Positions 22,893 to 36,223 are shown, counted from the first letter of the whole stretch. The stretch: DNA of 62,144 nucleotides, filler included, from Globobulimina sp. (GCA_003354225.1; 24 parts of 24 records of this genome joined end to end with filler, not necessarily neighbours in it); one strand, 5' to 3'. Numbers and translations: made by a program. Notes: generated from the sequence alone by a model not told the origin.

Positions 22893-23451
22893 CCAGGTAC
22901 AAGTCAAAATAATTACCTTTTGAGATATTCGGTGTGCACAAAAAGAAAAGAAAAAATTTGAATTGGAAGATACAAAAAAAACGGAGTGAACAATATATAC
23001 ATTACAATGAAATAAATACAGAAACAACACAAAAATATAATTATACAAGTGAAGTACCCGCTGGCTAGCCAGCGAATCAGTGAAATTTTACTTATATTTA
23101 TTAATTCATGAACTACTAATAATCATTTTATAGTATTTTTTTTTGATGTCAGTGATTTCTCAAAACTTTTTTAAATTATCACTTAAAACAATCCTTTCGT
23201 CATGGCAAGTCTAAGCCATACGATTGATACCAATACGGTATTGTTTACAAATTANNNNNNNNNNNNNNNNNNNNNNNNNNNNNNNNNNNNNNNNNNNNTT
23301 AATTAATTAANNNNNNNNNNNNNNNNNNNNNNNNNNNNNNNNNNNNNNNNNNNNTGTGAGGTTAATGTTGCTTTCTGGACATTATATTTCATTTTCAATA
23401 AAAACTTAAAATAGTTATAAATCTGCTTCCATGCTTTGCGTTATACGTACA

Positions 23452-25848
23452 TTATATACTCATTTTAAAATATAGCTCAATTGTGTTTTCATTATATATC
23501 GAAGAACAATTTAATAAACATTTAAAATGAATATATAATGTACATAATGTTCTTATTTTAAATCGAATAATGTGGAATAATTTTATCGCTAATTCGCCAT
23601 TCACATTTAAAGAGTGTTTCAATTGACCAAATTCCGCTTCTTTCAATTCATAATTTCCTTGAATCTGCTCAGTTGATTCCATAAATGAATAAATATCTTG
23701 AATTATGGAGCCGCTCCAAAAAGGATAAATTTTATGACATAAATCATATTTGTTCTCACATCCAATAAATAAATAATTTATTTCCGCACTCCATTGTTCT
23801 ACATTTAACTCAACATTCTCCTCATCATCAAAATAGCGCTTCTTAAAAGAAGAGTATTTCTTTGCGATTTTCTTTTTTTTCATTTGAATTTCCTGCGTGA
23901 AGTTATTCACCGAGGCGGAATTTATGATTTTATGATACTTTTTCATCATAGAGTCGACCACGCCATTTTTGCTCAAAAAAGTTTTAAACGCTTTCGAAAA
24001 TTGGAATAATTGTTGCAACGTAATCCTCCCAGCACAAAATGACAAAATAGTGTCAAATACTTCACCACGTTTCTTATTGACGACCGATGTTCTCCTTCTT
24101 TTTTTACTTTTATCCACACCGTTTTTCTCCTCCTCCTTTTCTTCATTCTTCTCTTCCTCCGCCATTACATGCACTTTAATGATATCAAAAGCAGTGTTAT
24201 CAAGGATGGAGTCGATAATTTTCTTGCCGCCACCTTTATTTTCATCATATTTTTCTTCCTCCATTTGTTTATGTTCATCGTCCTGCAGAATATTACTTAT
24301 TTTTGTGCTCAATACATTCATTTGAAAGCCAGCAGATAAATCCGCCATAAATCGCGTCCACCGAGTCTTTGAAATGTGTTTAAACGATAAACCAGGATTT
24401 TTCATCGTTGCTGATCGTCCTATTTTAGCGGGATTATCGTCGCCATCCTCGAGGAATGATAGCTGTGTTTCTAACTCATTGATTTCAACATCATCATCCT
24501 CTGCGTCCGCCGCTAATTTTGCCAGAAAGTCTACGTATTTCACTCGATCCTCCTTACAACGGACGTTATCATTTTTATATTGTTTGTGCAAATGATTCAT
24601 AATTCTGGTTAACTCGCCACATTTCATGGCCGCAATATCATTCATCAATTTATTGATAGTTTGCCGGATCTGACCCAACGTAACAAACGCTTGTGCCTCA
24701 TCCAAACACGCTTGATATAAATCCGATGCTGCGAGGGTTTTGTTGGTCCATTTATTTTTATCCATATCCGGATCAAACCCTTTGCCGTCCACAAATTTAC
24801 AAAATACATCGTGCGTCGCCACAAATGCATCGCCGGCATCTACAATCTTCGTATTCAATGTACTGAATGTTCGCTCATAGAGCATGATCATAGATAATAC
24901 ATCTTCCAATGTCATATATTCTAAAGTTTGTTCAATAATTATTGAATTGAATTTATTTTTGATTGTATCATTATACAAATCATACAAATGGTCATATAAC
25001 TGTTGAATATATCGGTCATTGTGCACTTCTTTCGGTATGGTTTCATGATCAACGACATAGTCCTCGCCAAATTCTAATGTGTTATAAAAGATCGTTTTTA
25101 ATAAATCCACACTGCATTTGTCCTTCATGCGAGACGGATAAAACGTGGCATAACGGCTTAATTGTTCGAATATGAAACGTAATGTTTCATCATCTTGTAA
25201 CAATCTTACACTTTTTAAGCCTTTTCGTCTGTAATAATCGATGGTTGATTCGGTTATTTTATTTTTTCGGTGCTGTTGGATTTTATCAAATATGGAGGAT
25301 ATTTCATCTCTGACCGCCGTCGCAGTGATAGCTCCTTTATTGAATAATTCCATCCTCTCCAAAATTATTTGATGTCTGGTTTCTTCGTCCAACAGGTCCG
25401 CTTCGTCGTGTTCTTCGAGTTGTTTTCCAATGCCAATGGTCGACTTTTGAGCAAATAGAAATGAGCGCGAACGACTGACCGAATGAAAGTGCCCCATTCC
25501 AACCTCCTTTTCTTCTTCCTCCTCCTCCTCATGATCCTCTGTGTAAATTAAGTTCGTAATCCCTTCGGGATCTGTTGTTTATTATTATTTTATAAATGAA
25601 CCATTTCTATTGAACTCAAAAGCAAATAAAAACATACCAATAACGTCATGAACAAACTCTTTATAAACCATATTTAATAACTGCTGTTTCTCCACATATA
25701 ATCTCGAATGTTGCTTTAATATATTTTCTCGGACAGTGTTATTCAAAAAATACAATGAAAATAAAGTGTTCCTGTATGTGTTCGATGTTGCATATACACC
25801 ACAAATAAGAATAAAAGTACATACCGAATGGTCCATAGCTCCAGTTTT
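23452..25848 (-). CDS. Large hypothetical helical protein (multi-exon, partial)
   Basis: 681-aa ORF plus upstream ORF 25585-25836; no motif recognised. Confidence 0.55.
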
Positions 25849-25948
25849 NNNNNNNNNNNNNNNNNNNNNNNNNNNNNNNNNNNNNNNNNNNNTTAATTAA
25901 TTAANNNNNNNNNNNNNNNNNNNNNNNNNNNNNNNNNNNNNNNNNNNN

Positions 25949-28262
25949 ACAAGCTGGCAGGCTGCATCTTTATTGGGTACAATACGCAGAACAACACTTG
26001 AAACATCACTCACACGCTACACAAATTATTACCTACGGGAAATCCAACAAGAAACTGGATTTTCGCCATCATTTAAGCATTGCACATCTATGACATTAGC
26101 ATCTACACCAAAAAGAATGCAAATGTTACAACGTATTGCTGCAGTGTGCCACTCAAAAAACATAAATGCAGATTTAATAACAGCCGATGCGGCCAAAGCG
26201 TTATGTCCATATTTAAATTATTCGGATGTAATTGGTGCGTTACATATTGGTGCAATGTTATGTGCGCGGCATGCAACAAAATGGTGGGAAGATATTGGAA
26301 AAGTGTAGGATTATTAGCATGGAAGCAATAAATTACGGTTTAAATGGATTTAAAATTTGCACTGATAATTTTGGTGATTTTACGTGTAATTATTTTGTGA
26401 ATTGTAGCGGCCAATGGGCCAAACAATTGGGACAGTTATGTGGCGTAAATATACCATTGGCGTCGTGTGAACATTATTATATTATAAGCAAACCAGTTGG
26501 ACGCGGAGTGGATACAATGATGCCAGTGGTACGAGATCCGGATGCAAAGAGTGGTTTTATTTATTTTCGTGAATGGAGCGGCGGCATTTTATGTGGGACA
26601 TTCGAGATAAAGGCAAAGATTGCATTTGGTGAGTTTGATAATTTAGTACCGGATACATTTGAATTTGGGTTATTTGATGATGATTGGCAACATTTTGAAG
26701 CAAATATGGATGATATATTGCACAGATGTCCACTGTTTGAAAGTGCTGAAATTCAAATGGTTGCTGGACCTGAATCGTTTACAATTGATTGCAAGCCTTT
26801 GATTGGCGAAGTATCCGAGCTCTATAATTATTATGTTGCCGCTGGGATGAATTCGGGTGGTATTACATTGTCTGGCGGTGTTGGCAAATTATTGAGTAAT
26901 TGGATTATTTATAATGATCCAACATATCTGGATAACGAATATAAATATAAAAATGCGAAATTATATGAAATTGAAAAAGAATTATTTGCTGCGTGGCCGA
27001 GGGATGTTGATATTAAAAGATTCCATCCCTATTCGAATAATATTAATGTTCAAATGAATGGCGCTAAACAAGCATTGGGTGATTACGCATCGATTATGGA
27101 AAATATGTCTGAAATGCGATGTGTGTTAAATGTGCGAAGTTCGCCGTGTTATCATTACCAAAAATATAAACAAAATGCGAATTTTATTGCGGATACAAAG
27201 AGTGGGTACAGTGTTGCTGCGTTTTTCGGTGAATATAATGGGAATAATGAGAGTGTGCCGGATAGTATTTATTCATTGGGTGGTTATCAACATATTATTG
27301 ATGGAGAATTAGAAACATTTTATAGCGGAATCTCGATAATATTTGATCGTAGCATGGACACAAAATGTTTACTGATTGGGAAAGATGTAAATAAATTCGT
27401 ATCTGAAATAATAAAACGTGCGGATATTTGTGAGAGTATAAATGGAATTTGTAGTGTGATTATAAAAAATAAGAAATCTGAAAATATCGAATTTATGGCA
27501 GATTTATGGAAACTGAATGAAGATAAATATCTGATACAATGTCAATATTATGAATTTTATTCATATTTATATAAGCAATGTATTGTAATGGATATTGATT
27601 GTAATTTAATTGATGTGTCATCACAGTTTTGTATATTTCATATTGTCGGAAATAACGCATTAAATGATTTAATATCGCTTTCTCATTCATCATCACATGG
27701 AAAATTAAATAAATTTAAAAATGGATCGAATGATGGTCAATTTGAATGGATTGAAATCGGATCTTTTCGTGTTGCAATTGCAGGAAATGTAAAAAATTCA
27801 CAAAATTATTGTTGTAAAACAAATGAATATCAAATATTAATATCAAGTGATTATTCAGCACATTTTTATCAATTTCTATGTGAATCGCAAATTGTGAATA
27901 TGAAACCATGTGGTTTTTTTGTTTGGGATATATTACGCATAGAAGATGGCATTGCAAAATATAATGTTGATTTTGATGCTACATATTTTAGAAAAATTAA
28001 ACAAGGAAGCCATGAGTTAGTAAAAGGAAAAGTAACAACAGATTGCAGTAATAATGATAATGGTCTATATATTCCATTCGGTGGTGAACCAATTGTTGAT
28101 GCAAACAATCAATGTTTTGGATACATTTCAAGTATAAGATATCGCGGTAATTCTTTTCACAAACATTTCATTGCAAATCTTGATAAAAAATATTTGCATG
28201 AAAAAAAATTAAAAATAAGGGTTGGAAATAATTATATTGATTGTCAAGTATCTGTAGTTTGA
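25949..28262 (+). CDS. Dimethylglycine/sarcosine dehydrogenase or PDPR-like flavoprotein, with frameshift near 26245
   Basis: VNCSGQWA, EHYYIIS, PVVRDPD, GPESFT.D.KPLIGE, AAGMNSGGITLSGGVGK; degenerate GcvT-like C-terminal half. Confidence 0.82.
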
Positions 28263-28542
28263 GTGTTTTTTTTTTTACTTGCTCAAAACATTAAACATGT
28301 GCAAGGATCACTTATCACAAAAGCAAACAATCGAACACATAACACATTCCTCGCACTAAAAGTTATGAAAATATTATTGGAAATGATTATTTGTAAATTG
28401 TTTTGAATATGTTTTTGACCAAATGTTGCCAAGATCCTCTGTNNNNNNNNNNNNNNNNNNNNNNNNNNNNNNNNNNNNNNNNNNNNTTAATTAATTAANN
28501 NNNNNNNNNNNNNNNNNNNNNNNNNNNNNNNNNNNNNNNNNN

Positions 28543-30423
28543 ATGTTCCACAGAAACATTTGACACAACAGAAATGGTGTTTGTATCTAACACTGGCTTT
28601 TTTATCGGAGATTTTTGCGATTTTGACTCCTCGATTGGATCCATTTTATTACTCCTTTTAATTCCCAGTTCCATTTTATTTTCAATATCTGAAATTTCAT
28701 GATCACTGAATTGTGAAATCTCAGAGTTTTGCCGCGAACCTGACACACTGTCTGAGGGCCTATCGGAAAATAATAATTTATGATTATAATGGAAGAATTT
28801 ACGTTTATTATTTGTATTATGTGTATTCCCGCTGCTTGTGCTGGAATTATAGCCGTGATTATCACACACTTTATCCTCTGTTACTATTCTGGGCGAATAT
28901 ACTTTGGGTGCTGCCAATCCATTGGATGCATTTGATACAATTGATTCTGATGGTATGCGATGTGCTAGTTCCTGTGAGAAATTTGGTAGTGTACATGTTC
29001 GTGGCTCTTGCTTGGTTTCTTCGATGGGGGTCATATTGGCTACAAATGCCATCTCTGATACTGGCGATGATGGCATCTCTATGGGTCTGGGACAAATAAA
29101 TGTGTTGTTTTCTGCTTTCAGATTTTCTTTCAAACTGATCGATTTTTTGCGTTTTGACTTGCTGTACATTGTTGTTTATTGTATACATTGTATACATAAT
29201 ACATGGTACACATACATTTTCTTTTCATTTACGCTCGGCATTGAATTCCGTCGTGACTTTTTTGTCGATTTAGCAGATTTGGATTTATTATATCGACTAT
29301 AAAGTCTTCTCTCTGCACAGTTTACTTGATTCAAACTCGCATTTTCATGATCATGATCGTCATCGATATCCCATATCTTATCCGCAGCAATTACACTTTC
29401 TACAAAACTGCGACTCATTCTCTTGGCTGCTTTGGAGATGCTGTTCAAAAATACACTCCTGTTCTTACTCGAGCTCGCATGTCGATGTCGAGCTGCAATC
29501 TTATCCATATTTGAGTCATCCAAAGAATGCGTATTAGCTATAATTTCCTGATGTAATTTCTGTTTTTTTTGCAGTGATGACACCGAAAAAGAGCGCACTT
29601 TTGTTTTGTCGCTCATTGTTAAAAATTCTAATTCCAAATGATTCATACCCGCACAATCAATATCAATGAGTAGTAATATATTTAAAATGATGTTCTCCAT
29701 TCCCATTCGTACTGCTTTGACTGACATTTTATAAAATAATTTCGATGGGGATACGCTGGTCACACTCCATCGCACAGACTTGGCGCTGTCACGACTCATT
29801 GCGATCACTTGCGACAAGGAGCTGAATACCGGGATGCTGGATAATATTAATTGAATGTCAAAGCATATCAATAAGTAATAATATAACACATTATTCTGAC
29901 TGGGGAGGGTGATGAACAAATTTAAAATGGAAAATGTTATGCACGTCAAGGAAATGATGAGATAACACACCAAACAGATGAGCAATAATCTAGTTTGTGT
30001 GTCATCGAAGGAATTGGTTTGTTTGTTTGTAAATAGAAAGCGATGCAATGCGGTGTAGTATGCGCCCACTGAGCATAATAGAAACGATATAAATCCAAAA
30101 TGTATTATGAGATCACTGAGATGAATGTCTTTGTTTTCGATGATGTATATATTTATTGTGTCGAATATTTCATTATAATTATTGTTTTTGGTGTCGTTGT
30201 GGTAGGAATAATGTATGAAGAAACCGATGCATTCAATGAATAAAAATATAGATGACAATATCAATAACAATCGGATGAACCTCATATAGAAGAAATTGTC
30301 CAATGTCCCCAATAATTCTAATTTTTTGCCTCGTTTAATGGATATGCAGACACATGAACATGTACTAACACTTAATATTGCTGAAAGTATAAACACTAAA
30401 ACAATCGCTATCAGTTGGGACAT
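28543..30423 (-). CDS. Multi-TM receptor-like protein with long Ser-rich cytoplasmic region (spliced, 3' partial)
   Basis: About 5 TM helices in 29176-30423; intron near 29160-29214 links it to the Ser-rich ORF 28543-29169. Confidence 0.55.
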
Positions 30424-30595
30424 GACGAGTGTTTAAAAAGTTTATAAATTTGATGACGTTAAAGCAGTGGAGTTAGAAAACTCTACTGTTTTTAAGGCAA
30501 TCTACTGTTATTTACACAGGAAAGTGATATAAATCATAAATGCATCGTAAAACATAAATACATATAAATACACAAAACGTATACATATTTTTTTA

Positions 30596-31036
30596 TTAAG
30601 TATTGACATGAATTTTGCTTTTTGTGGTAATGATTTCAGACAATTGTCTTTGTTTTGCTCTCGCTCTTCTCTCTTTTGATGGTTTATATTTCTTCGGTCG
30701 ATAAAATTCATGTTCCAATGAGGTATGTTCCATTTTTTCCTCTTTACCATCATCACTGCCATAGCTATCATCAATAATGGCAAGTTTCGAGATATCCATT
30801 TGTGTCAAACCAACACTAAAACCATGATTGTGATTGGAAGATTTTTGTCTTTTTTTGTCTTTTTTATATCTTAATTTATATTTTAAATTCCTATTATTCA
30901 TTGACTTCAAATCTTTATATTTATATAATAGCATATCATATTTCTCCTGTTCAGATTTCATGACTTGATTTATATCTGATAATAACGTCGATTTATCTGT
31001 TTTTAAATTCGAAATCTCTTTATCTTTGAACGAATT
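30596..31036 (-). CDS. Coiled-coil, Lys-rich protein C-terminus (5' partial)
   Basis: ORF open to the contig edge; charged heptads. Confidence 0.4.
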   Translation of the reverse strand, partial: NSFKDKEISNLKTDKSTLLSDINQVMKSEQEKYDMLLYKYKDLKSMNNRNLKYKLRYKKDKKRQKSSNHNHGFSVGLTQMDISKLAIIDDSYGSDDGKEEKMEHTSLEHEFYRPKKYKPSKERRARAKQRQLSEIITTKSKIHVNT

Positions 31037-31493
31037 NNNNNNNNNNNNNNNNNNNNNNNNNNNNNNNNNNNNNNNNNNNNTTAATTAATTAANNNNNNNN
31101 NNNNNNNNNNNNNNNNNNNNNNNNNNNNNNNNNNNNTTTTGACTAAAAATACAAAATACCAATAATTATTCCAGTTTTTCAAGATTTCAATAATTATTCC
31201 AATTTCTACAATTATTCAGAATCCAAATAGGTAAACCCTTTCGAAAATCGTAATAGTTAAAACACGTAATTAAAACACGTAATTTAGCGGTTTGTCGTTA
31301 AAAAAGAAACACAAAACTCACAAAACAAACACAAATTCACAAAAACACGAATAAACAATAACAAAATCGTTGGAATTTTGTCTCTTTGCGACTACAAATT
31401 AAAAAATACTGTTTTTTAGACTCAAATCAGCCAATATGCATTTCATATATTGTTTGAATGAGATTTAAATTTCAAATATTTATTGCTAATAAT

Positions 31494-32346
31494 TCAATTC
31501 TTCCTTTTTCTAAACATAATCGTCAACGGTAATTTAGATTCTTTCACCCGTTGGAAAATGTTTTTAGATCCAAGATCTTCAATATTTTCACCATTCAGAG
31601 CTATTAATTTAGCTCCAACCTTAATATTATTTCGTGCCGCAACAGAATTAGCTTCAACCTTTCGTACATAAAGGTTATTTTTGTCGCGTTTTAATGGCGA
31701 TATTTCCATTCCAAATGGTTTCTTACTGAATGTAACAATATATTCATCCTGGAAATGTTTCATCATATAAATAAATGATTGCATCTCCTCCAAAACATGG
31801 TTTATATCATAGGTTAGATGTTTATTTTTACACTCTGCCAATGCAGAAATAATTTGTTTTTCATTATATCCAAATTGCAAAAGTTGTTCAACAATGTCTT
31901 GGTCCTCTATGGCTATGCTAACGGGCGTAGTCATAATACTTTCATTGTCTGTGTCATGGGAATTGTATGTTGTTATTGTTGTACATGTATCTGGATCTAA
32001 TTTTTCATCATCTGAATGATCTGACGATCCTCCTAATGTCACTAACATGTGCTCCAAATCTAGCAGAATATCATCATCAGAGTCATCATCATCAATATCA
32101 TTATGGTTGCAATTGTTACCATTGTCAGCTAATTTGTTGAGTGATGGTATGCTCGATGTTGTTTGTTTGGGTTTGCGATTTGGATCTTGAATGGTTGTCC
32201 AGTCGTTTATATTGCTGTGAGTGCGTGTTGAAGGCAGATTCCATTGGGTTTCATTCGTTTTTAGATTTACATAATACATTTTTTTTGAGGCTGGGTCTTG
32301 GACCATTACCCAATCGTACATTGCTGTGGAGAAAGAGTGTGACATG
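31494..32346 (-). CDS. WW - UBA-like - PDZ scaffold protein
   Basis: WW: DWVMVQDPASKKMYYVNLKTNETQWNLP. UBA-like: IVEQLLQFGYNEKQIISAL. PDZ: KKPFGMEI...VEANSVAARNNIKVGAKLIALNG. Confidence 0.75.
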
Positions 32347-32556
32347 ATGCACAATAAGATTAAAAACAGCTTAAATAAATCTTTTTGCCAACACAAGACT
32401 AAAAAAGTCCGAACAGTTAATTGCGCTGTTATAAATTTCATGCAAATGCGTTGTCCCAACTTGTAGAATTCTACAACATTTCATGTACAACTTGAGACTA
32501 GTTGCTCATGACTCTTTCCTCTGAGTCTGACGGTATGCATGCGAACTAATTATTTC

Positions 32557-32754
32557 GATGACTAGCTCACTTCAAGAAAATCTTAATATCAGGGTTATCA
32601 CCTCATAGACGACAGTGCAAGGATAGATGTTTCCAGGATTCTGGCATATGAAAGAAGAGACAAATCTATGCAATAAAGGTAAAAATTTGTCGTCTATGAG
32701 GTGAGATTCGTGAGAACCCTGATATTAAGATTTTCTTGAAGTGAACTAGTCATC
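32557..32754. mobile_element. MITE with long TIRs and 7-bp target-site duplication
   Basis: GATGACTAGCTCACTTCAAGAAAATCTTAATATCAGGGTT...CCTCATAGACGACA and its reverse complement; flanked by TTATTTC at 32550-32556 and 32755-32761. Confidence 0.85.
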
Positions 32755-32947
32755 TTATTTCCTATACAAGCTGGGCAACGCCTTTGTATCCGATCCGCTA
32801 TTATTAACGTAAACAAATGAAATTACAAACACAAACAACGACAAGCACTGACAAATAAATGAATAATTAACGACACAATTTATTGCTTTTGGTTTGTGTT
32901 TAATTGAATGCACAGTACATATATTTTGCTTAAAACTAAAAAGATTG

Positions 32948-33630
32948 TTATATACATTTACGTGTATCTTGAGATACAGTCTCATGACCTTGAGTTGGCG
33001 TAGTATTTAAATTTGATACATATAACTCTTCATCTCTTCTATCATTACTATCCTCAAAGCTTTCCTCCCCATTCTCACCTTCAACAGTTTCATGTGTAGT
33101 ACCCTTTGTTTCCACAACATCAGGACCTTTGCCGTAGATGCCATCCTCATCAATCTCAGTGATCTCACATGACGACATTGAACAAACACTCCGCAATCTA
33201 TTCTCTTTCTGAGACGCATTTTCAAAAATTCCGGTCATTTCAACTGTTATATTATTCTCAATATGCTTTATTTTAGATCTATTTAACTTGCGTGTAATAA
33301 GAAATATTATAATCATGCAACAGGTTATTAATAAGAGTATAATAAATGTACTAATTATTATTCTCCAGTAACCTGAAATCATTTCTATAAATCCACTGTC
33401 TGCTTCAGTTGATGTTGTTGTATGTACAGACGATGTATTTATTGGTTGTGTTGGATTCAACGTAGGCGGTATACTTGGCTTTGCTGATGGTGATTGTGTT
33501 GGGAAATATGTTGGCGAAATTGTTGGCGAAATTGTTGGCGAAATTGTTGGCGAAATTGTTGGCGAAATTGTTGGCGAAATTGTTGGCGAAATTGTTGGTA
33601 GCAGTGTGGGGAAATTTGTCGGATTTGTTG
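32948..33630 (-). CDS. Type I membrane protein C-terminus with mucin-like PTIS stalk (5' partial)
   Basis: CCAACAATTTCG repeats encode PTIS, then one TM helix and an acidic cytoplasmic tail. Confidence 0.75.
33498..33598 (-). repeat. 12-bp coding tandem repeat (TGTTGGCGAAAT)n
   Basis: About 7 perfect units, in frame on the minus strand. Confidence 0.95.
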
Positions 33631-33829
33631 NNNNNNNNNNNNNNNNNNNNNNNNNNNNNNNNNNNNNNNNNNNNTTAATTAATTAANNNNNNNNNNNNNN
33701 NNNNNNNNNNNNNNNNNNNNNNNNNNNNNNCAGAGGAGATCTTGCTGTGCATTTTCAAAATTTACAAACTAAACAATAATGTTGAAGGTGCTAATATCGC
33801 TCCAACTGCTTATATTTAGACATTTTTTT

Positions 33830-34727
33830 TTATGATATTTCCAAATGAATAACAATGACTTTATACCCATAATTAAGTCGTAAATCCTTTGCAAACAACT
33901 CCGCAAAAGCAACACTTCGATGTCTTCCTTTATGACAATTTATAGAAATTGTAGTTAGTCCGTCGTTCATCACTTTATTTTTCAAATTATTCAAATATGT
34001 TAGATAATTTTTGCCATTTTCAACATGTTTCTGAATGCGCTCATCTTTGCCATTCAATTGCTTTAAATTAATACCACGCGGTTTATATCCAGTGACGCCA
34101 CAAACATTTGTATTATGCTGCGATTGTACGGGCGCACTCTTTCTGCATTTATTGCCCCACGAATATATAGTCACCATTGGCAAATCCAAATTATTCTCCT
34201 TTACTTTTTTCTTCTTTTTTCTTCCATTTTTATTACCTATAAAATTATAACAATTGTTTGTTTCTTCTTTATTATCATTTTCATTCTCATGTTTATGTTC
34301 CTTTTTTTTTATATTCACTTTTGTCGACATATCATAATCATCGCTCAATGAATCATTTAAATATGAAATGCATTGATATATTGGCATTGAATCTGATTCT
34401 TCTTTGCAAATATCATTCAATTTATGTTCAATTTTCTGTAAAACTTTTTTAGAGTATCGGTCCACACATTTTTCATTGTTGGAAACGGAAATATTTATCT
34501 TATCATCGCATTTGGTAAATTTTGCTTGGATTATGTACGTATCAGCAATCTGTATGTATCTGTTTCTATGAATTGAATAATAAGAAATTATGTAATCACG
34601 AAACTTCAATGGTACAAGTGATGTTTTTATTGTTTTGAGATATTATCACTTGCTCCGGATATAATGATTGTATGGTTTCCAGTTCTACCTCCAATTCTGT
34701 ATCAGGCTTAGTATTTAAGTGAGACAT
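33830..34727 (-). CDS. RWD-like domain + RapZ C-terminal-like (Cx5R) domain protein
   Basis: Exon 1 34727-34605 (MSHLNTKPDTELEVELETIQSLYPE, RWD first helix); intron 34550-34604; C-terminal ISINCHKGRHRSVAFAE...VIHLEI. Confidence 0.7.
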
Positions 34728-34815
34728 TATCTTCCAAGCAAGTTGCAAAAAACTTTACTAACTTAAATAATTCCTCACATTTAACATCCTAGCCTGAGTA
34801 ACTGAGACGAGACTA

Positions 34816-36223
34816 ATGAAGCAAGCAACAAAAAATGTATGCTTAGCACTAAGTGATGATGAAGATTATGTGTCATTTGATGAAGAAGACTTAAATGCAG
34901 GAATACAAGATTTATACGATAATGATTCAGCGGAAGATGCTGCTTCGGATATTTCAAACGAAGAATATTTTGAGTCAAATAACAATAATAATAGGAATAA
35001 CATGCCTGAGCCACAACCAATAGAACCAATTTTACATTTTCCTTTACCACCCACAAATATCACACAACCAGCAACTGCAACAATCAGTAACCAGTCTCAA
35101 CATTATCCACAATATCCAGTTTATGCACCACCAATACCAACAACAACCATATTCTCTACAAATACAATTACAAACCGTAGCTATAATAATAATAATATGC
35201 GACCTCAACGCTCATCCTCAACCATTCCAAGCCGAAATCACAGAGGCAGTGCCAGAGGGAGAGGCGGAGGAAGAGGCAGAGGAAGAGGAACAGGCAGAGG
35301 AAGAGGAAGAGGTGGGGGCAGAGGCAGAGGGAGAGGGAGAGGGAAAGCACGCGGACGCGGTGGATATCACAGCAACAGAAATAGAAACAGATCACTGAAT
35401 GATTTATCTCAATTATCTGCATTTACTGCATGCCAACAACCACATAATATTGCCCCAAGAAGGAAAATAAATAACAATAACAATAACAATGATTTGTTTG
35501 AATCACTGAATCAAATCAACGATCCAATTCCTCCCCAACCATTGCCACAATTGCCGCCGTTTCAAAATAGAAACAGACAGTCTTTGCCGCAACCAATGGC
35601 ACCGACACTCTTTGCCGACAATCGTAATTTTAATTTACCGCAACCAATGGCACCGCCACCACCACCACCAATGACGAGGATTAATAATAATAAACAGAAT
35701 AAATTATCAAAACGTATACAGAAATTAAATGAGATGAAAGCAAAAAAAAAAAGACGTAAAGATCGAAAGATTATTCATAAACAAAAGATAAATACCAATG
35801 TAATCTCCATTGAGTTGGGTACATTATCTCAATCTGCGTCAAACATCGCAACTGGTGATCCCATAAAATGTGCAAATAAAAAATGTTTGAGCGTCCTATC
35901 CAAATATGATAAATTATTAAAAAAATGTGATGATATTAAATTAGATGATGATGACGAAAGTATATGGATTTGTTCGTTTTGTAATAATATAAATATTATT
36001 CAAATTGATGCGGAAGAAATGCCGCTCAATGAAACTATTGATTATATATTAGAACCGGCGCAGGAAAATAAGCAAAATGATAATCAAAACGAGTCTGATC
36101 AGCCACACATAATATTTTGTATTGATATTAGTGGTTCGATGTGTGTCACACAACCTGTTCAAGGCAAAAAAGTCAATTTAAAAGGTATTTTGTTTGTTTT
36201 TTTGCTTTTTTTGTGTGTAAAAT
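34816..36223 (+). CDS. RGG-rich protein with Sec23/24-type zinc finger and vWA domain (CPRas-like C-terminal module), 3' partial
   Basis: GRGRG tract; ATGDPIKC..C.SVLS...WICSFCN; IIFCIDISGSMCVT. Confidence 0.72.

Noticed and set aside
33475-33630. Plus-strand ORF with LAKL repeats
   Set aside because: Antisense shadow of the PTIS mucin repeat on the minus strand.
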